Assembly: GCA_973895155.1 (NCBI GenBank)
Contig: OZ316894.1
Coordinates: 15,554,699 to 15,618,698 of the forward strand
DNA: 64,000 bases
Source: Marsupella aquatica
Lineage: Eukaryota > Plantae > Marchantiophyta
Direction of reading: 5' to 3'
Made by a program: the position numbers and the translations under genes. The notes below the pieces were generated by a model. It had not been told where the DNA came from. It saw nothing but the letters and a program-made list of their open reading frames with translations, and did not search any database. This document shows, piece by piece, positions 27,001 through 41,021 of the stretch (position 1 is the stretch's first letter; every line of letters begins with the position of its first letter).

Positions 27001-28158
27001 AGCGCCAGGCGCTGCTATAAATTTTGGTCAAAACCAATGGCTCTAATTATCAATTTATTATATTACTTTGTGGTGCTACTATATTATATCATCATTTGTA
27101 ACGTTTTAATGGTTATATTATCACTAATATTATCTAATGTCACGGCTACTGACCTTGTTACTAGAAAAAAAGAACATAGCATCCTCTAATGGTCTAAGGC
27201 GGTTTAATCAAAATTTACAATATGTCAAACTCCTCATCATTGGTTAGAGCATTCAAATGACCAGAGTGTATTGCATTTGATAGCAAGAGTATATCTTTTT
27301 GCTCACATCACTCTACGTGAGGATGTTAACCTTTGGTCAATCCACACATTTACAATCTTCTCGGTAGTACTTTGGAAGATGCATGGAACCCTTGATATGA
27401 TGTGCTCCTTTATCGATAGTTTCTCACTACTAGACGTCCAAATCAAAGTATGATTCAATATAATTCAAGTTAGTTTGAGCATGATAATTAGGGTGTCTAA
27501 AGGGGAATAAACTTTTGTCTTATAATCTTTATATAGTTTTGACGTCGTGCACGATAGGTTTGAGCGTGAATATTGGTATATACATAGATGAACTAACAGT
27601 TTCTTTGGTCATAATGTTATATACAACAATCCTCTTGGCGGACCACCATATATGGAGTGTCTACGCTTAGCAAAGGAATGAAGACTCAATCAGCAAGACA
27701 ATCTCATCTCCCGTCTCATCTATAGGGGAAGAGCAAGTTCATTGATTATCCTTAGATGTCAATGGAGATGCACTAGAGTTGGCTTGCGCTAAATGAGGGA
27801 TCAGCTTGAGAGAGCATAACATTCCAGATCCAAACACTCAAGAATTGCAAATACTTACTTGGTTAGGATTTATATGTACTTCTATTGCTCTTGTGATGAT
27901 TTTTGTTGCAAGCATTCTTGAGCTATTATCAAATGATGCCTTCATGTGTAGAAAATCTTTGGCGCTAGTAAAGATTTATGTCTATAATAATTGTATCTGT
28001 TACATATATTACAGTTGCTCAGTTCAAATTGTAGTGTAATTTTGGTCCTTAAAGAGGGAATTTTCTTTCGGCATTGCGCACAAAACTCCTGTTATCTTTG
28101 ACCATTTTTGCTGTTATGATAATTCCTGTTTACTGTTTCCTGTCACGGGGAAAAACCT
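24010..28158. mobile_element. MULE-B: non-autonomous Mutator-like element (4,149 bp, AT-rich, no transposase)
   Basis: 9-bp TSD CGGCCTGTT (24001-24009 and 28159-28167). Imperfect ~70-bp TIR beginning CCGTGACAGGAAACAGTAAACAGGAA (24021 onward, and ending at 28148). Confidence 0.93.
25290..26720. repeat. tandem array of ~116-bp units, each with the palindrome ATTACTAGCG-N5-(C/A)GCTAGTAAT (13 copies)
   Basis: The TTACTAGC core starts at 25297, 25416, 25531, 25647, 25763, 25879, 25994, 26110, 26226, 26342, 26458, 26574 and 26689. Central units are nearly identical; edge units are diverged. Confidence 0.95.
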
Positions 28159-29689
28159 CGGCCTGTTCAAGGGTGAGGCTAGGCCCTGGTACAAAGCATT
28201 GGATGTGGAAGATCAAGCCATCTGGCATACCTTCAAATCACTATTTGTAAAGGAGTTTCGACCCATTGGAACCTCAGAGCTAGCAGTGCTGAAGTTGGGA
28301 CGACTTCGGTTCAAGGAGAACAAATCCTTCAAGAAGTTCTTGCAATGCTTCCAAAAGCTGGTAAGACGTACAAAGACCAATGCGTCTGAAGGTATGCAAC
28401 TTCAATGGTTGGTGAATGCTTTACCGCAGAAGATGAGTTTTGCAATTAGGAAGGAGAACCTAGAGACTTTAGCCGAGGCAATTAGGAATATTCAATTGTA
28501 CATTAATGCAGATATCACAAGCCGGAAGAAACAGCTCAAGTCTGAGAGTTCCTCATCGGAGGAAGGATCACCACATAAGAAAAAAGATAAGAAAAAGAAA
28601 CATTCTAAGAAGTCAAGAAGTGATAACTCAAGCTCGGATAGTGGAAGTAGCAAGAGTGAGTCATCTTCTAGTTTTGAAGAAGAAAAATCCAGGAAAAAGA
28701 AGGGCAGAAGGAGGGGGAAGTTGAAAGTCAAGCTAGAGGCTAAAATGCCAGATAACATCGTAGCTCTTACCGAGCAGCTTAAGGCTATAATAGCAGAGGT
28801 AAAGCCAAAGAAGAAAGTAGTACTGGAAGATAGCTCTGTATGGTGTGCCTTATGTTATAAAACCGGACACCATAAAGATGCATGTCCTAAACTCACTACT
28901 AGTCATGTTCGGCATATAGCTGAGGTCAGACCGTGTCAAGGAGAAGTAGAGTACTTTCTAGGGGATGCCGTTGATAGTGTTTTTGGCATCAGTGAGACTG
29001 GAGCACGAGACCTATCCAACCGACCTGCATCTCTCTAGTCAGGAACAATCCGGGCATGATTGTAAATTTGAATGACTTACAATATATGTGCGTTGGATGC
29101 AGACAACAGACTATGGATGGGAGCATGGAGTAATTAGGGCTTTCTTTTGCTGATCACTACAACATATTTGACACTTTTGCGAAGGTATTTTTGTTGACGC
29201 TCTTATATTTCCGATGGGCGGGGCTTGGCATAATTTGCGAATCAACCCGCATCGCAATTTGCGATTCTATCCCTGTTGCAAAGATAATACTTGAAGCGCA
29301 TTATATTGCTAATACGTTGCAAAGTAAGTGATTTTGCAATTTTTACCGAAATGCACCGAATGGAAATGCGCCTTTTGAAGACGCCAAAATTGCTCGCTGA
29401 CTCCAAAACTAAATGATGTAAATATTTGCGAAAGAAGGTTGGATTGAAAATGTTTTGCGATAGTACTTGTTTGACAAGTTTAAGAATATTGGAGGATGGA
29501 AGATTTGCGAAACGGTGAGAATATGAAATTTGTGATTGATTTTGCAGCACAAGTTTGCGAATAGTATAGTATGGAAATATTGAGAAACGAGAAGCTTCAT
29601 AGAAATTGCGAGTCCGCTGAGATTTTGTGAGCTTCGCAAATTGTTCACAAACTAAAAATTAAGATTATTGTGAGGTGAGACAATGAAGA

Positions 29690-29870
29690 GGGTGGATGGT
29701 CCAATATATGGATGGGGCAGGAGGGAAGAGGAAGGGAGGATGGAGGGAGGTACAATGAAGGATGGAAAAGGGAGGGAGTACAATGGAAGAGGAAGGAGGG
29801 AGGAGAAAAGAGGAAGGGAGGAGGAGGGATAGACGTACCACGGAGGAGGGAAACACGAGGGTGACAATGA
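29690..29870. repeat. GA-rich low-complexity tract
   Basis: GGAGGG/GAAGAG-rich purine run. Confidence 0.7.
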
Positions 29871-30115
29871 AAATTATGGAATAAGTAGGAAATAAGTTAT
29901 ATTGAGCAACAAAGGTTAGATAGAAAATTGCATGTAAAATTCACAAGTGATTACAATAAAACAGTACAATACATATGTCATGAGTATGACTCATTCAAAA
30001 GTGAATGGCAAATATAAATATAGACAATAATTTTTTTATATCACCAAACATGAACAAATCAAATATAACATGAACAAATGTCTAGGTTGGACCCAAGTGC
30101 ATATAAATATGTCCC

Positions 30116-32107
30116 TCACACTTGGTCCTCATCGGCCTCAAGGTCATCTAGGTCTGATACAATAACATCTGGCTTCTTAGAAACAATGGAACGAGAACGT
30201 GGCACACAGGTGATGACAATTGACCACTCGGTGTCTAAAGGGTATGGAATGTAGAAACATTGCTCCAAGTGTGATGGAAAAGCAAATGGTTCTGATGTTT
30301 GCCAATGAGATGCTTGAACACTAGTGGCACTTGTCTTCAACCGTGTAAACCCACTCTCATCTTGAAGTACAATGCAATTTTGACCAACAAGGTTCACTTT
30401 GAACCACTTGCACTTGAAGACATATTCCTCCAACTTTGAATGGTTGTCATATGATACCACCAAGATCTCCTCTATCTTCCCATAGTGTGGCACAACATCT
30501 CTAACAATGTTCCTGTCATGGCGGCTGCTTCTAGAGTCTTGAGAAAATTCCCCTTGAACTCCACAATCAAAAGTACGACCCCTCTTCTCATCAAGGGAAG
30601 AAACCCTGAAATTAACAAAACCCACAAATTTTTATTACACAAAAGATACCATTAATGTAATAATCATCAAAATATGACACCCATCCCTAAATAGCCAAAA
30701 CCCACATGGCCTATGGCATAAATATAGAAACCAACATTACAGTTATGGATGTCATTAATGATAATAGAAAGTTTTTAAACAATAGAAATAACTAATCAAA
30801 ATAAGGTCTACATGAATTAATAGAGGAAGAAAGGTTAGGTACTAGTGGACCTGAAGTGTCTCCCTTGTGTCCACATAGCCGTCTTGGATGTCACCACTCT
30901 CAAAGGGCCATGAACAATGGTCCGAACGTCATCTGTGATGGTAGGAAAGTGGGACACATCTCCTCCTTGTGTCACCATGTCATCCAACTCAAGCAACTTT
31001 TGCTTCATATACTCATGCATCTTAGGAAAAATTCTTGCTCTTTGACTTGTTCTCTTGACATTCTCATAAAACTCTCTCCATTTCTCCATGATATTATTAT
31101 TACTCAACATAAATGTTGTCAACTGTGACCACTCTGTTGATGTCAACATGCGTGTTTTTGTGGCACCTGTTAAACGGTCCTCCTCCTCTTCTCTTTCCTC
31201 CATCCAAGTACGTGGACAAGTAGGATCAATGGTGGCCAAGATGTTACTACAATAAAACATACTCTCTGCTGCCAAGTATCCTATAGCTATGCTTCCCTCC
31301 ACCCGTGCACGGTTACGTACATAAGCCTTCAACACCGCCATGTAATGCTCAAGCCAATACATCCATCTACAATGCACTGGACTAGCAATGGCAACCTCCC
31401 ACACAAGATGCACAAGTAAATGAACCTGACAATCAAAGAAGGAAGGAGGAAGGGCTTTCTCCAACTTGCATACCACCTTAGCTGCCAATACCTCCATCCC
31501 AGGGATCTCTTCTACATATATCTCCTTTGAGCATATCCATCTCAACAAACGACCCAATGACCAGATGACATCTAGCACTCTTCACTCCCTATACCTATAA
31601 TTGCCACTAGCAATATATGCTGCAATAGGCGATGATAGTCATGTGTCTTCAGAGATCGTGGCCACTTGTGATTGTCCTCCATCCCAAAAACTTTCCGAAG
31701 GTTGGCACCATAGCCTGTAGGGAACCGCATCTCTCCTATACGGTTCCAAAATTCACGTCTTTGGCCAACACTCAACACCCAAGGAGCAGAAGGATGATTC
31801 TCCACACCTGTGATAGGATCAGTTGTCACCCAAACATCTGGATGCATTTCCATCTCCTTGCATGCCTCCCTAAAATTAGTGTCCTTCTCCCCATAAAAAT
31901 GCTTTATCAAAGCCTTCCCCACATTTCCCTCTATGTGCATGGGGTCTAAGAGATGGCGGATCTTCAACTCAGACCAATAGGGCAAAGTGGCTAGTATACT
32001 CCACCTGGTCAAACCTGTCCTATCAAAGGTGAAGGAATCATTTGGGTCTACCACCCTATCAGCTAGTGACTTCCAATGTGCAAAACTTGTTGCATCAAGA
32101 ATTTCAC
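30116..32107 (-). pseudogene. tnpD: CACTA-B TnpD, 3' part (end of Transposase_21, DUF4218-like and DUF4216-like regions)
   Basis: RHLLDPMHIEGNV, LKTHDYHRLLQH, PPSFFDCQVHLLVHL, RWMYWLEHYM, FKCKWF, EPFAFPSHLEQCFY. One stop at 31572 and an intron at ~30610-30850. Confidence 0.9.
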
Positions 32108-32944
32108 CACTAGTAGAAACCGGGGGGTATTTAGACCCCATTAAACGACTATTCAGTACCGTATAGGACTTGGAAACGATTGGGAAGGACTCCAGTCCTT
32201 TATAGGACTGTGAGTCGTATGTTTTGTTACTATAATCAACTGAGTCCTTTATAGAACTGGTTTATAAGTCGTTTAATAGACTGGATTTTCAGTCTATTTT
32301 AGTCTTTGTGTGGGTAGCTTTGGTGAGTCGTTTTCAGTCTTTTATGGGCTGAGATGGTGAGTCGTTGGGAACGACTAAAAAGGTTATGGAGGGTAGTCTT
32401 TAAATATACTTTGTGGGGTATGTATAAGTCTTTCATGTCAACTGGATATGAGTGATGAAGACCCCACTATACTACTTGGAATGAACCCACTCTTGTGCAC
32501 AAATAACATATTGCATTCATGTTTTATTGTGTACTTGGAATGAACTCACTCTATAAGTTCACCATTCATCATGTTAACATTAGAATACATAATTTCAGAA
32601 AGCCATCTTCTATACCATGTACACTAATATGAATTCACAGATTCAAACTTCATAGACTACAAAGAAGGTCACAAAGTATTCCTCTATACCATACACACTA
32701 ATACTGAAATGATACAAAACAGATTCAAGTATCATAGACAATCACCATAGAGCCATAGTTTGACATCAATCACTTGTTTCATACATACAGAATTCAGAAA
32801 TATCAATGTCACACACAACGGCTCCTTCATCCTCTTTACCAAATGGAAAAATTGGTACAGATATTTCTTGGATCTTTCCAAGGCAATGTCAAAATGTGAC
32901 ACAATTCACATGATTCTATCTACACTTGCATTCAGTCACTGCAG

Positions 32945-35900
32945 ACTAACACACTCTGATGGCCAGAGCACAAGAGATCCTACTGCATCTGCAATTATTT
33001 CCTGAGGTGGATCATCGTCTCTATTCGGAAATGGCAAATTACAATCAGATACAATCACTGTAGTCAACAACACTACTACATGGTCATCCGGGACCACTTT
33101 GCCATGGAATTTTGCATGATCCGGTCACAAAATGCCTGTACCCACACATACCTGCGAGTCATCCTCCCATGATAGAAGATTATGGACTGGCTCTGCTGTG
33201 GCTATCACCTCCACCTTACCCTGGCTATTTTTCTTGGCTTTCCTGGGTGGCTTATACATGACATTATTCATACCTTGGTTGCGAGTCATGACTTTGGCAC
33301 GAGTGTTTTGTGCTGGTGATCGAGAATTGGCTACACTCTTCTTCAAAGAATCTGCATCCATATTTGACACTTCTGATTGTGTAGCAGGATTTCCCTGCGA
33401 CATCATCTCAGTATCTGCCAACATTGTACTTGCTTCAATTGAAGCATCTACAATCTTACTTGCATCCAATGTTGCTCCCAAGTTTCGAAGTCGCTTCACC
33501 CTGCTCCCACTTGGTTGAGAGTCTGTCAACTCTGCATCAACTACAATTCAGTGTCATGTCCAACATAAGTCAATCACTCATCACATGTGCTAAATGTACA
33601 TGTCACCAACCACAAAGTTGTCACTATCTCCTTACCATTATGAACAGCCTTCTTCCCCTTCTTTGCCATTGCCATATGCTCCATGTCTGCTTCTGTTGAT
33701 CAATAAACACACCACAATATTCACGTTGAATCTATTAACCACTGAATTGTTGCTCACCATTCATATAGAGGAATTTAAAGCATCAGCTTACCTGATACCT
33801 CCTTGGCTATGGTCACTGAGGCATTGGGCACATCTTCTTCATTATTGCTCTTTGAATCACCTGATACATCAATCATGATGTCACTTCAGATCCCAGTTCA
33901 TCCAACCAGTTCTTACAGAAAAGATTACCTCCAACCGGCTTAAGCTTCACAAAACTCCATGCACTTTTCAAATGTAATGTACTGGATCATAGCAGGTTAC
34001 CTGTCTCAGCAACCTTCTTGCCCTTCTGCTTACTGATTACAGGGTCCTTCTCTGCCTCCACTCTTCCTGCATTCAAACCATTCACTCAATTCATGAAAAC
34101 TTACTTCTAACATTTGAACATAGGACACAATGAATAATGGGCCGGTGTCATTTCCATACCTGTGTCAGATTTGCCAATTCCCTTTTTTGTTAACAAGGGC
34201 ACACTTTGTACAATGTTGCCCTCATTGTTTGGTTGGGAACCACCCAATTTTTCAATCACAAGCTTGAAATTAGATTCCACTGATGCAAGAAGGTTCGCTA
34301 CAGATGCCTCCACAATATCCAAACGATCAACCAATTTACTTTCCACTCGAGGGAGTCCACACTCTAATGACTTCAACCGTTCACACATCTCTGTGAGAGT
34401 TGTAACAGTTCCCTGTCATAACACAGCTTACATATCTCAGATAACTGTCCCCAAGAACTGGTTGCTTACTTCCTACTACATTTCTTTCTGATGCTCAAGG
34501 CCAAATAGTCACAGAACATACAGAATTACAACATAATCACCTGTTTGGAAGTTACACTTGTCACCTCACTCCTTTGTTTCATGAACTCCTCTCTCACTTC
34601 TTGTGCTGATGGTTCTTCACCTGTCAATTTCTTCTGCAGTCCACATCAACATACATATGAATGAAACCAAGTGTTGATTGTCAATGAAAATGTAATAATG
34701 GTAGTAAGATGATAAGTTTGAGGCTTACTATCAGGCATGTCACTGCCTTACCAATTGTTCTTTCACTGGAGCATAACTTCCTCTCCCAGCCTGTGAAAGG
34801 TGTTTCACTTTGCCTCGAGCATTTGACATCAGTTCACTCTTGCTCTGTCCAGCCTCCGACATGAACCCTTTGATTAACCGTGTCCATTGATCCAGTTCCA
34901 ATGATGGGGGTGGTGGCATTCTCCTGTTAGAACCATTGTCTATCCACATCCTTTTCAACCTATGCCTCTCTTGTTTCAAAATCCTCATTGCATAATCTGA
35001 TATGCAATCTTCAACTGGGCCCTTACCATCATTACCAACATACTCCCACCGTTCAAGAATGTCCTTGCAGATAGCAGCCCAATCAGCTTTGTTCTGACTC
35101 CTAAACTCTGTAATGCTCAAATCTAACCAACGCAATACTTCTCCTCTTAGGTCAGAATGCCAACGGTTCTTACCATCACATGTGGGAGTTATCCAACCTT
35201 CGGAATTCACTTCTACTTTACCAAATTTGTTACTGTCTCTTGCCTTGGTACTCCCTGAAGCGCTACTAGGTGTCCCTCCACGGCCTGGTGTCCCCCCATG
35301 GCCTGGGGTCCCTCCACGGCCTGATCTCCCCCCACGGCCTCGATTGCATTGTCCAAACCTCCTTGGAGTCCCTGCACATTTACAGGATCCATTTACAGTC
35401 ACTTACATTAGGTAAGTATGAATCATAAATCCCGCTGCCAAATATACAGTGGACTTCAGAGCAATTATGCAATGACCAAGTTACCTCTCCCTTGGCGCAT
35501 AGATGGTTCTGGACCACCTATCCTATTGCTTTGTCTTGATGAATTAGGGGCGTTTCTCCCGCCTGTGAATGATTGCCTCCTATCTGAACGTGGATGGCCT
35601 TTGTTGTTTTCGTGATTGTCCCAATCAGAGTCTGCATACCAACAGGTACATGCCACACTCATGGACCTGTAAGATAAACTCTTTGCCCTAGCTACACATC
35701 AGATAAGTGCATATTGAGCTAAATCTCTACTACCATCACAAAATCACTAGCACAAGGCACTTACTTGTCCAATCATCCTCCTCACCTTTCCATTGCCCTC
35801 TGTACCCGTCTCTACCACGCTCTGGGTGTTCATATTCATCCCATCCATCTTCTGCTCCATCATAGTCATCATCATAATCATCAGGCGTCCCTTGCCAATA

Positions 35901-36107
35901 ACTCTGGCTCCTTCTAGGGTATGGATTATGTGATTTCTCTCTAGCTGCCCACCTACCTGGGACTTGATGAGGGCCCTGTGCATCTTGCACAGGTGCATTT
36001 TTCTGTGAGCCCCTTGCATCTGGGTCTCCATCCATATCCAATCTTTCCTCTTCACCCCACTCTCCAAGCCCCATGTCTGTCTCCATGTCATCACCCTCTT
36101 CCCCCAT
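32945..36107 (-). pseudogene. tnpA: CACTA-C TnpA-like multi-exon gene
   Basis: Exons include 35736-36107, 34740-35370 (W.RLIK.F.SEAGQSKSE.MSNARGKV...GRGSY, Ptta/En/Spm-like), 34107-34410 and 32945-33529 (VCVGTGIL*..FHGKVVPDDHVVV..LPFPN). Confidence 0.75.
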
Positions 36108-36284
36108 AGCTTCTGCACAGCACCCACAACCAAACAGGGAGAATCAGCACACTAAATTCAAAGTATCAATCAATTTCATGCATATCCAACTATCCTAAAC
36201 ATCATTCCAGGCAGCAATTCCCGTTCTATGACTCTGTGCAGGTAGTCATCCTCAACCTCATACTTGCCAATCGCCAGCTGTTGC

Positions 36285-39200
36285 CTATTGCAAATCATCA
36301 ATCTCATCATATTCCATTTGCCCAGGTTCATCATATGTCTCTCTCAATGTTAAGGGGATGTAGTCAGTCCCTGCCCGAGTTGGAAGTACAGTCTCATGAC
36401 TAGGATGCTCGAATGCAGCATGGTCATCCAAACTGAACTCTACTTTACTTCCATCCATCCGCCTGTTCCGTGCTTGGCTATGGCATACCACCCTCCAGCC
36501 ATGTGACTCCTCCACATCTGCAAAGAAAGCCTGTTCAACTTGGCTAGGGAAAACAAAAGGCTCAGACCATTCTGGTACTCTGGACCTAAAATTGGCCAAC
36601 AAGAACCCATCATGATCACTCTTCATGGTGGCCCTTGGTCTCTGCCACTCTGATTTCACCCATGATCCCTTCATCAATATCACTGGGACACTTGTGTTAC
36701 CATAATTCAACACCCAAATGTCGGTCAACTCCCCCACGTAACCCATCTTCATCCACCCCCTCTGTTCTTCAGAGGTTCTCTGCTCAAACACAGAAATCAA
36801 ACCACAATCATATGATACACAATGGTCACCCTGCTCATCCCTCACTCGATAATGATTTCCATAAGCTCTCATCCGTTTGTAGGTCAGAATAGACAATCGT
36901 GGTGGCACAGATAGAAGATACAAATCCTTCTCCATATCTGGGTGATGTCTACTATGCTCTCGAATTGTCACCCGAATCCACTGCTCGAACTGTGGGAAGG
37001 GATCCTGCTGCCCAGAGTGTGCAGCTTTTTGCATATCATATTCCCTGCAATATGAGGTACAGGCATAGTTAGGTCTAAACAACACATGACAACCTAAGAT
37101 CACCCTTGGAACAGACAAGAAGCATCACAACAAAGGCAAGTCAATTCAATCACTCACCTCCACCATGGTTGCATAGGCTCTGTGTTTGCCAGCACATATG
37201 AATGAGCCTTGTCTCGAATCGCAACAGGCAGCTGAACAGCACGTCCCACACCTTCAACAACCTCGCCACTCACTCCATCATCTTCACCAGATTTCCAAAC
37301 TCTTGTCATAGCTTCACCAGACCCAGCCATGTACTCTGTTAGGAATCCCAACGTCTCATCCTTAATGTACCCCAATGCCATGGAAGCCTCTGGCCTGTAG
37401 TATGTTCTCACATGACCTTTCAACAACTTCATGTATCGCTCCATAGGGTACATCCATCTGGTACTGACTGGCCCATACTGCCCTAGCTCTTCTACCACAT
37501 GGATTAGGAGATGAGTCATAACATCAAAGAAAGCAGGGGGGAAGTATATCTCCAAGTCACAGAGGACATAAGCAGCATCCTGCTTCAACTGCTCCAATCC
37601 TTGGGGATCCCACACTTTCACACATATACAGCGAAATACATTGCACAGTCAAAGAATGACATTACGGATTGGTTTCTGCATGAGACCTCTGAGGCATAGG
37701 GGCAGAATGTGCTGCATCAACACATGGTAGTCATGTGTTTTCATACTGCCAAGTTTATTCTTTGTAATATGCTTCTTGAAGGCACCAGCATAGCCAGAGG
37801 GCACTTTCAGACAGCTCAATCTATACAAGAATGTCTTCCATTCATCCTGTGTGCACACATAGGGAGCTTGGAACTTGAGAAGTACATTGGGATTGCTTGC
37901 ATGGGGCTTCAACCAAAGGTGAGGGCGAATCCCCTTCTGTTGCATATCAGCTCGAACTGCTCCTGTATCTTTCTCACCCGACAAGAACTTCAGCAAGCTC
38001 TCACAAATATTTTTCTCAATGTGCATGACGTCCACATTGTGTTTGCTGGGCTCGAATTCCTGCACTCCACAAAGCAAAGAATTCAACAACAGAAACACTA
38101 ATTAACCACATAGGAGGATTGTAACCAACATCAATCCACCATTGCTCCAATCTAAAATTGCAATCATACAGGGGCTGGAGGCTAAGTACATTACCCTCCA
38201 GTACTCCAACTCCAAGTCCATCAAGGTCTGTCTTTTCACACCGTGTTTCACCACTGGATCCTCAGGTTCTCGATCAGTGGCACTTCTCTTGTCCCAATCA
38301 GCCTTCCTGGCTGCCCACCTCAGGACTTGCTCTCTGGTGACCCTCTGTGGTGGGCCACAAAGCTCTGTTTTGTTGTTGAAGTGTGCAATTTGAGACCGTG
38401 TGTGCCTGTAAGGATGATCAACAGGCAGATACCTTCTATGCCCCTGAAATTTCATACTGTGCAGGGCATGCGACCACTCACTTGTCACATTTTTCCCACA
38501 TGGTGTGCACCCCACATAGCCCTTTGTCACTCATCCAGATATGATGCCATGGCCTGGGTAATCTGCTATATCCAGCAAACAAATTGCATGCAGTCTAAAG
38601 GGGCTGGGTTGAAGAAGCCCCTTCAGAACATCATGGGTTAACACCCCTTCTATCCACAAAGTCTTCCACTCTTCCACTGCTGGAGCCAACATGATATCTA
38701 TGAATTGCTCGGTCACAGAAGCTGGTCCAGGGATTAACAGCACCATCATGACAAAAAACCTCTTTGTAGTCATCCATGGGGGAAGGTTGTAATTTAGCAG
38801 CGTAACCGGCCAACATGAATAACGGTTGTTTTTGTCTCCAAATGGGTTTACTCCATCCAGTGATAGACCAAATCTAAAGTTCCGCTTCTCTGCAGCAAAC
38901 TATGGCCACCTCTCATCAACAAATTTCCAATGGTTGGAATCTCCAATGTGACGCTGCAGGCCATCACTGCTCTTGTTATCAGGAGTCCATGTCATCAGCT
39001 TGGAAATGGCAGGGCATCTAAACAGACGTTGTAGTCTAGGAATGAGAGGAAAATGATGAAGAACCTTGGCAGGGTGTGTACATTTCCCTACATTCTTGTA
39101 CCTGTGCTTACCACAATGAGGGCATGTCAATTTATCTGCATGCTCTTTGCGAAAGAGAACACACCCATCAGGGCATGCGTCAATAGACACATAGTTCAGC

Positions 39201-39985
39201 CCAAGGTTAGACATCAATTTCCTAGCCTCGTACATAGTTTTTGGAATTGAATTACCATCTGGTAACACATTTCGGCGCAGGAAGGTCAACAACTCTGTCA
39301 CAAATATATTGGGAACATTGTGATTGCCACAGATGTTCAACAACAACACGACAAAACCCAGCTTGGAGCAGTTCGACCCCTCGTAGATAGGAATGCAAGC
39401 TTCTTTGATGTGTTTTGGGCCCCCAAACACCCACTCCCTCTCTGCTGCACCTTCCCCAATGTCAAAGTCAGGTTCAGCTTGGCCGTCGCCAATGTGTGGC
39501 TGCGGTTCATTGTCCTCTTCTGATTCCACTGTGTCGTAAAAAGCATCAAGGTCTTCAAAAATCTCTTGAACCATTCTTGGGACATCCATCCCACCGTCCT
39601 CAGTGACTGCCTCTCCATCTCCATCTTGGTCATCCACGTTCTCATGTTGGACCCCAGGACCATCATTTGCACAGTCTATGTCCTGCTCTACGTAGTCTCT
39701 ACGCCTAGCTGTATTAGAATCCACAAAGTCAGCTCTCCACTCTTCATCAGAGGAGTCTTCTTCTGCTGGTACATTCCAAACCCTCCACCGAGGGTGCCTT
39801 TCATGCCGCAGCAGGTGAAGGTGCACAGTGTTCAAACTCAACGACTTGAATCCTTGGCACTGTGTGCATGGGCATCTCATCCTCCTACTCCTACCTTGGG
39901 CGGCCCGGGCTTGTTCACGCATCCACAATTTAGAATCATGATGCCTAATCCTAAATGGGTTGTGAAGAGGCAACCTTGGAGCCAT
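36285..39985 (-). pseudogene. tnpD: CACTA-C TnpD transposase
   Basis: MRCPCTQC...HLLRH, IDACPDGCVLF, HFPLIPRLQRLF, LSLDGVNPF, NLPPW, DYPG, DVMHIEKNICESL, PPAFFDVMTHL, WMYPMERYMKLLK, EPFVFPSQVEQAFF. Nonsense codons at 38900, 38531 and 37649. Confidence 0.93.
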
Positions 39986-40311
39986 CACTATACACACGCA
40001 CTCAGCACCCTGTCATTTTATTATGCAAGTGAAAAATACACTTCCTGTTAAGGATTTCACCCCCGACTGTACTTGCCAAAATACGTAACGTTCCAAAAAA
40101 ACAAAAAAACAAAAAATATAGGTGCCTGAGTCATGTACCTATTCTCAAGTGAATGAGACAAAATTCCTAAATGTTTGAGGGTGTCAACTCCTCCGCTGTC
40201 CTCACATGTACTGCCTCTGCACGTACATCCATGACCATATCAGAGTCCAATCATGTATAGTCATAGACACAGGTGCAAGGTGCGAGACCGGTGTGAGATG
40301 TCCTCATCTTA

Positions 40312-40881
40312 CTACCACATCAAATACGGATACCAATCCTGTTGTCGATGCCACTCAGCCCTGAGGTACTCAGGCATGTACATTAAGTCATCAAGGTCTA
40401 AACCCTGCTCATGCCATGGTGGTCTTCGATCTGTGCCTACAAGCAGTGGCAGCAGTGCCCTCCATGGTGCACATGTTGCTACCAAGTCCCTCCACTGGGT
40501 ACTAATTAGTCTATATTTGCAGATATCTTGTGCGCCAGACACCACAAGAACCCTCGGCCAGACATGTGTAAGAACTATATCATCTGCCAAATCAGGCAAC
40601 AAGGAACCACCTACAGCATCGTGCTTGTCTAACTCATCTGCTGAAAAGTAAATGTCCTCTTCCAACTGTGCATCCTCATTCACCACAGCATTCACAACAC
40701 ATCCAAGGTCTGCAGGCATTATCTCGGATGGAGCTACACTCTGTCTGGTTACCAATCCACACAAGTAAGCCCAAGCAGTAGCCATGCACGATGCAACCCG
40801 TAGGAGGACCCTACATAGGGCCTGACGGTCTGGAAGAGGCAGCATACCCACCAAAGTCTTCAGCCAAATAGAGCCCAGCAA
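40312..40881 (-). CDS. F-box-like small protein (CACTA-C cargo; probable ATG at 40719)
   Basis: SLLPDLADDIVLTHVWPRV.....ICKYRLISTQWRDLV fits the F-box pattern LP.LPDD......RV......R.VS..WR.L. Confidence 0.55.
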   Translation of the reverse strand: MLGSIWLKTLVGMLPLPDRQALCRVLLRVASCMATAWAYLCGLVTRQSVAPSEIMPADLGCVVNAVVNEDAQLEEDIYFSADELDKHDAVGGSLLPDLADDIVLTHVWPRVLVVSGAQDICKYRLISTQWRDLVATCAPWRALLPLLVGTDRRPPWHEQGLDLDDLMYMPEYLRAEWHRQQDWYPYLMW

Positions 40882-41021
40882 GTAGATTCACAGTCACACC
40901 CCACGCAGCAGGAAACAACAATCACTTCAACTGTGACCAACCATGACAAGATGAGTTAGTTCAAGGATCACATTTATTACAAAATTGTGATTTATACAAA
41001 AATATGAGGGACTCCTACTCC

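Larger units (their letters stand above)
23822..29038 (+). pseudogene. gag: gag of G1, split by MULE-B (23822-24009 and 28168-29038)
   Basis: FHGRGDEDPDEWLDDF...AAAN. Removing MULE-B plus one TSD restores ILPGLF|KGEARPWY. Zinc knuckle CALCYKTGHHKDAC. Confidence 0.88.
18831..29154 (+). mobile_element. gypsy element G1: giant 5' LTR, PBS and gag; interrupted by MULE-B and CACTA-B
   Basis: LTR, PBS and gag occur in canonical order. pol is not seen in the window. Confidence 0.85.

Noticed and set aside
29652-29867. Pro/Ser/Leu-rich small ORFs
   Set aside because: They are translations of a GA-rich low-complexity tract.
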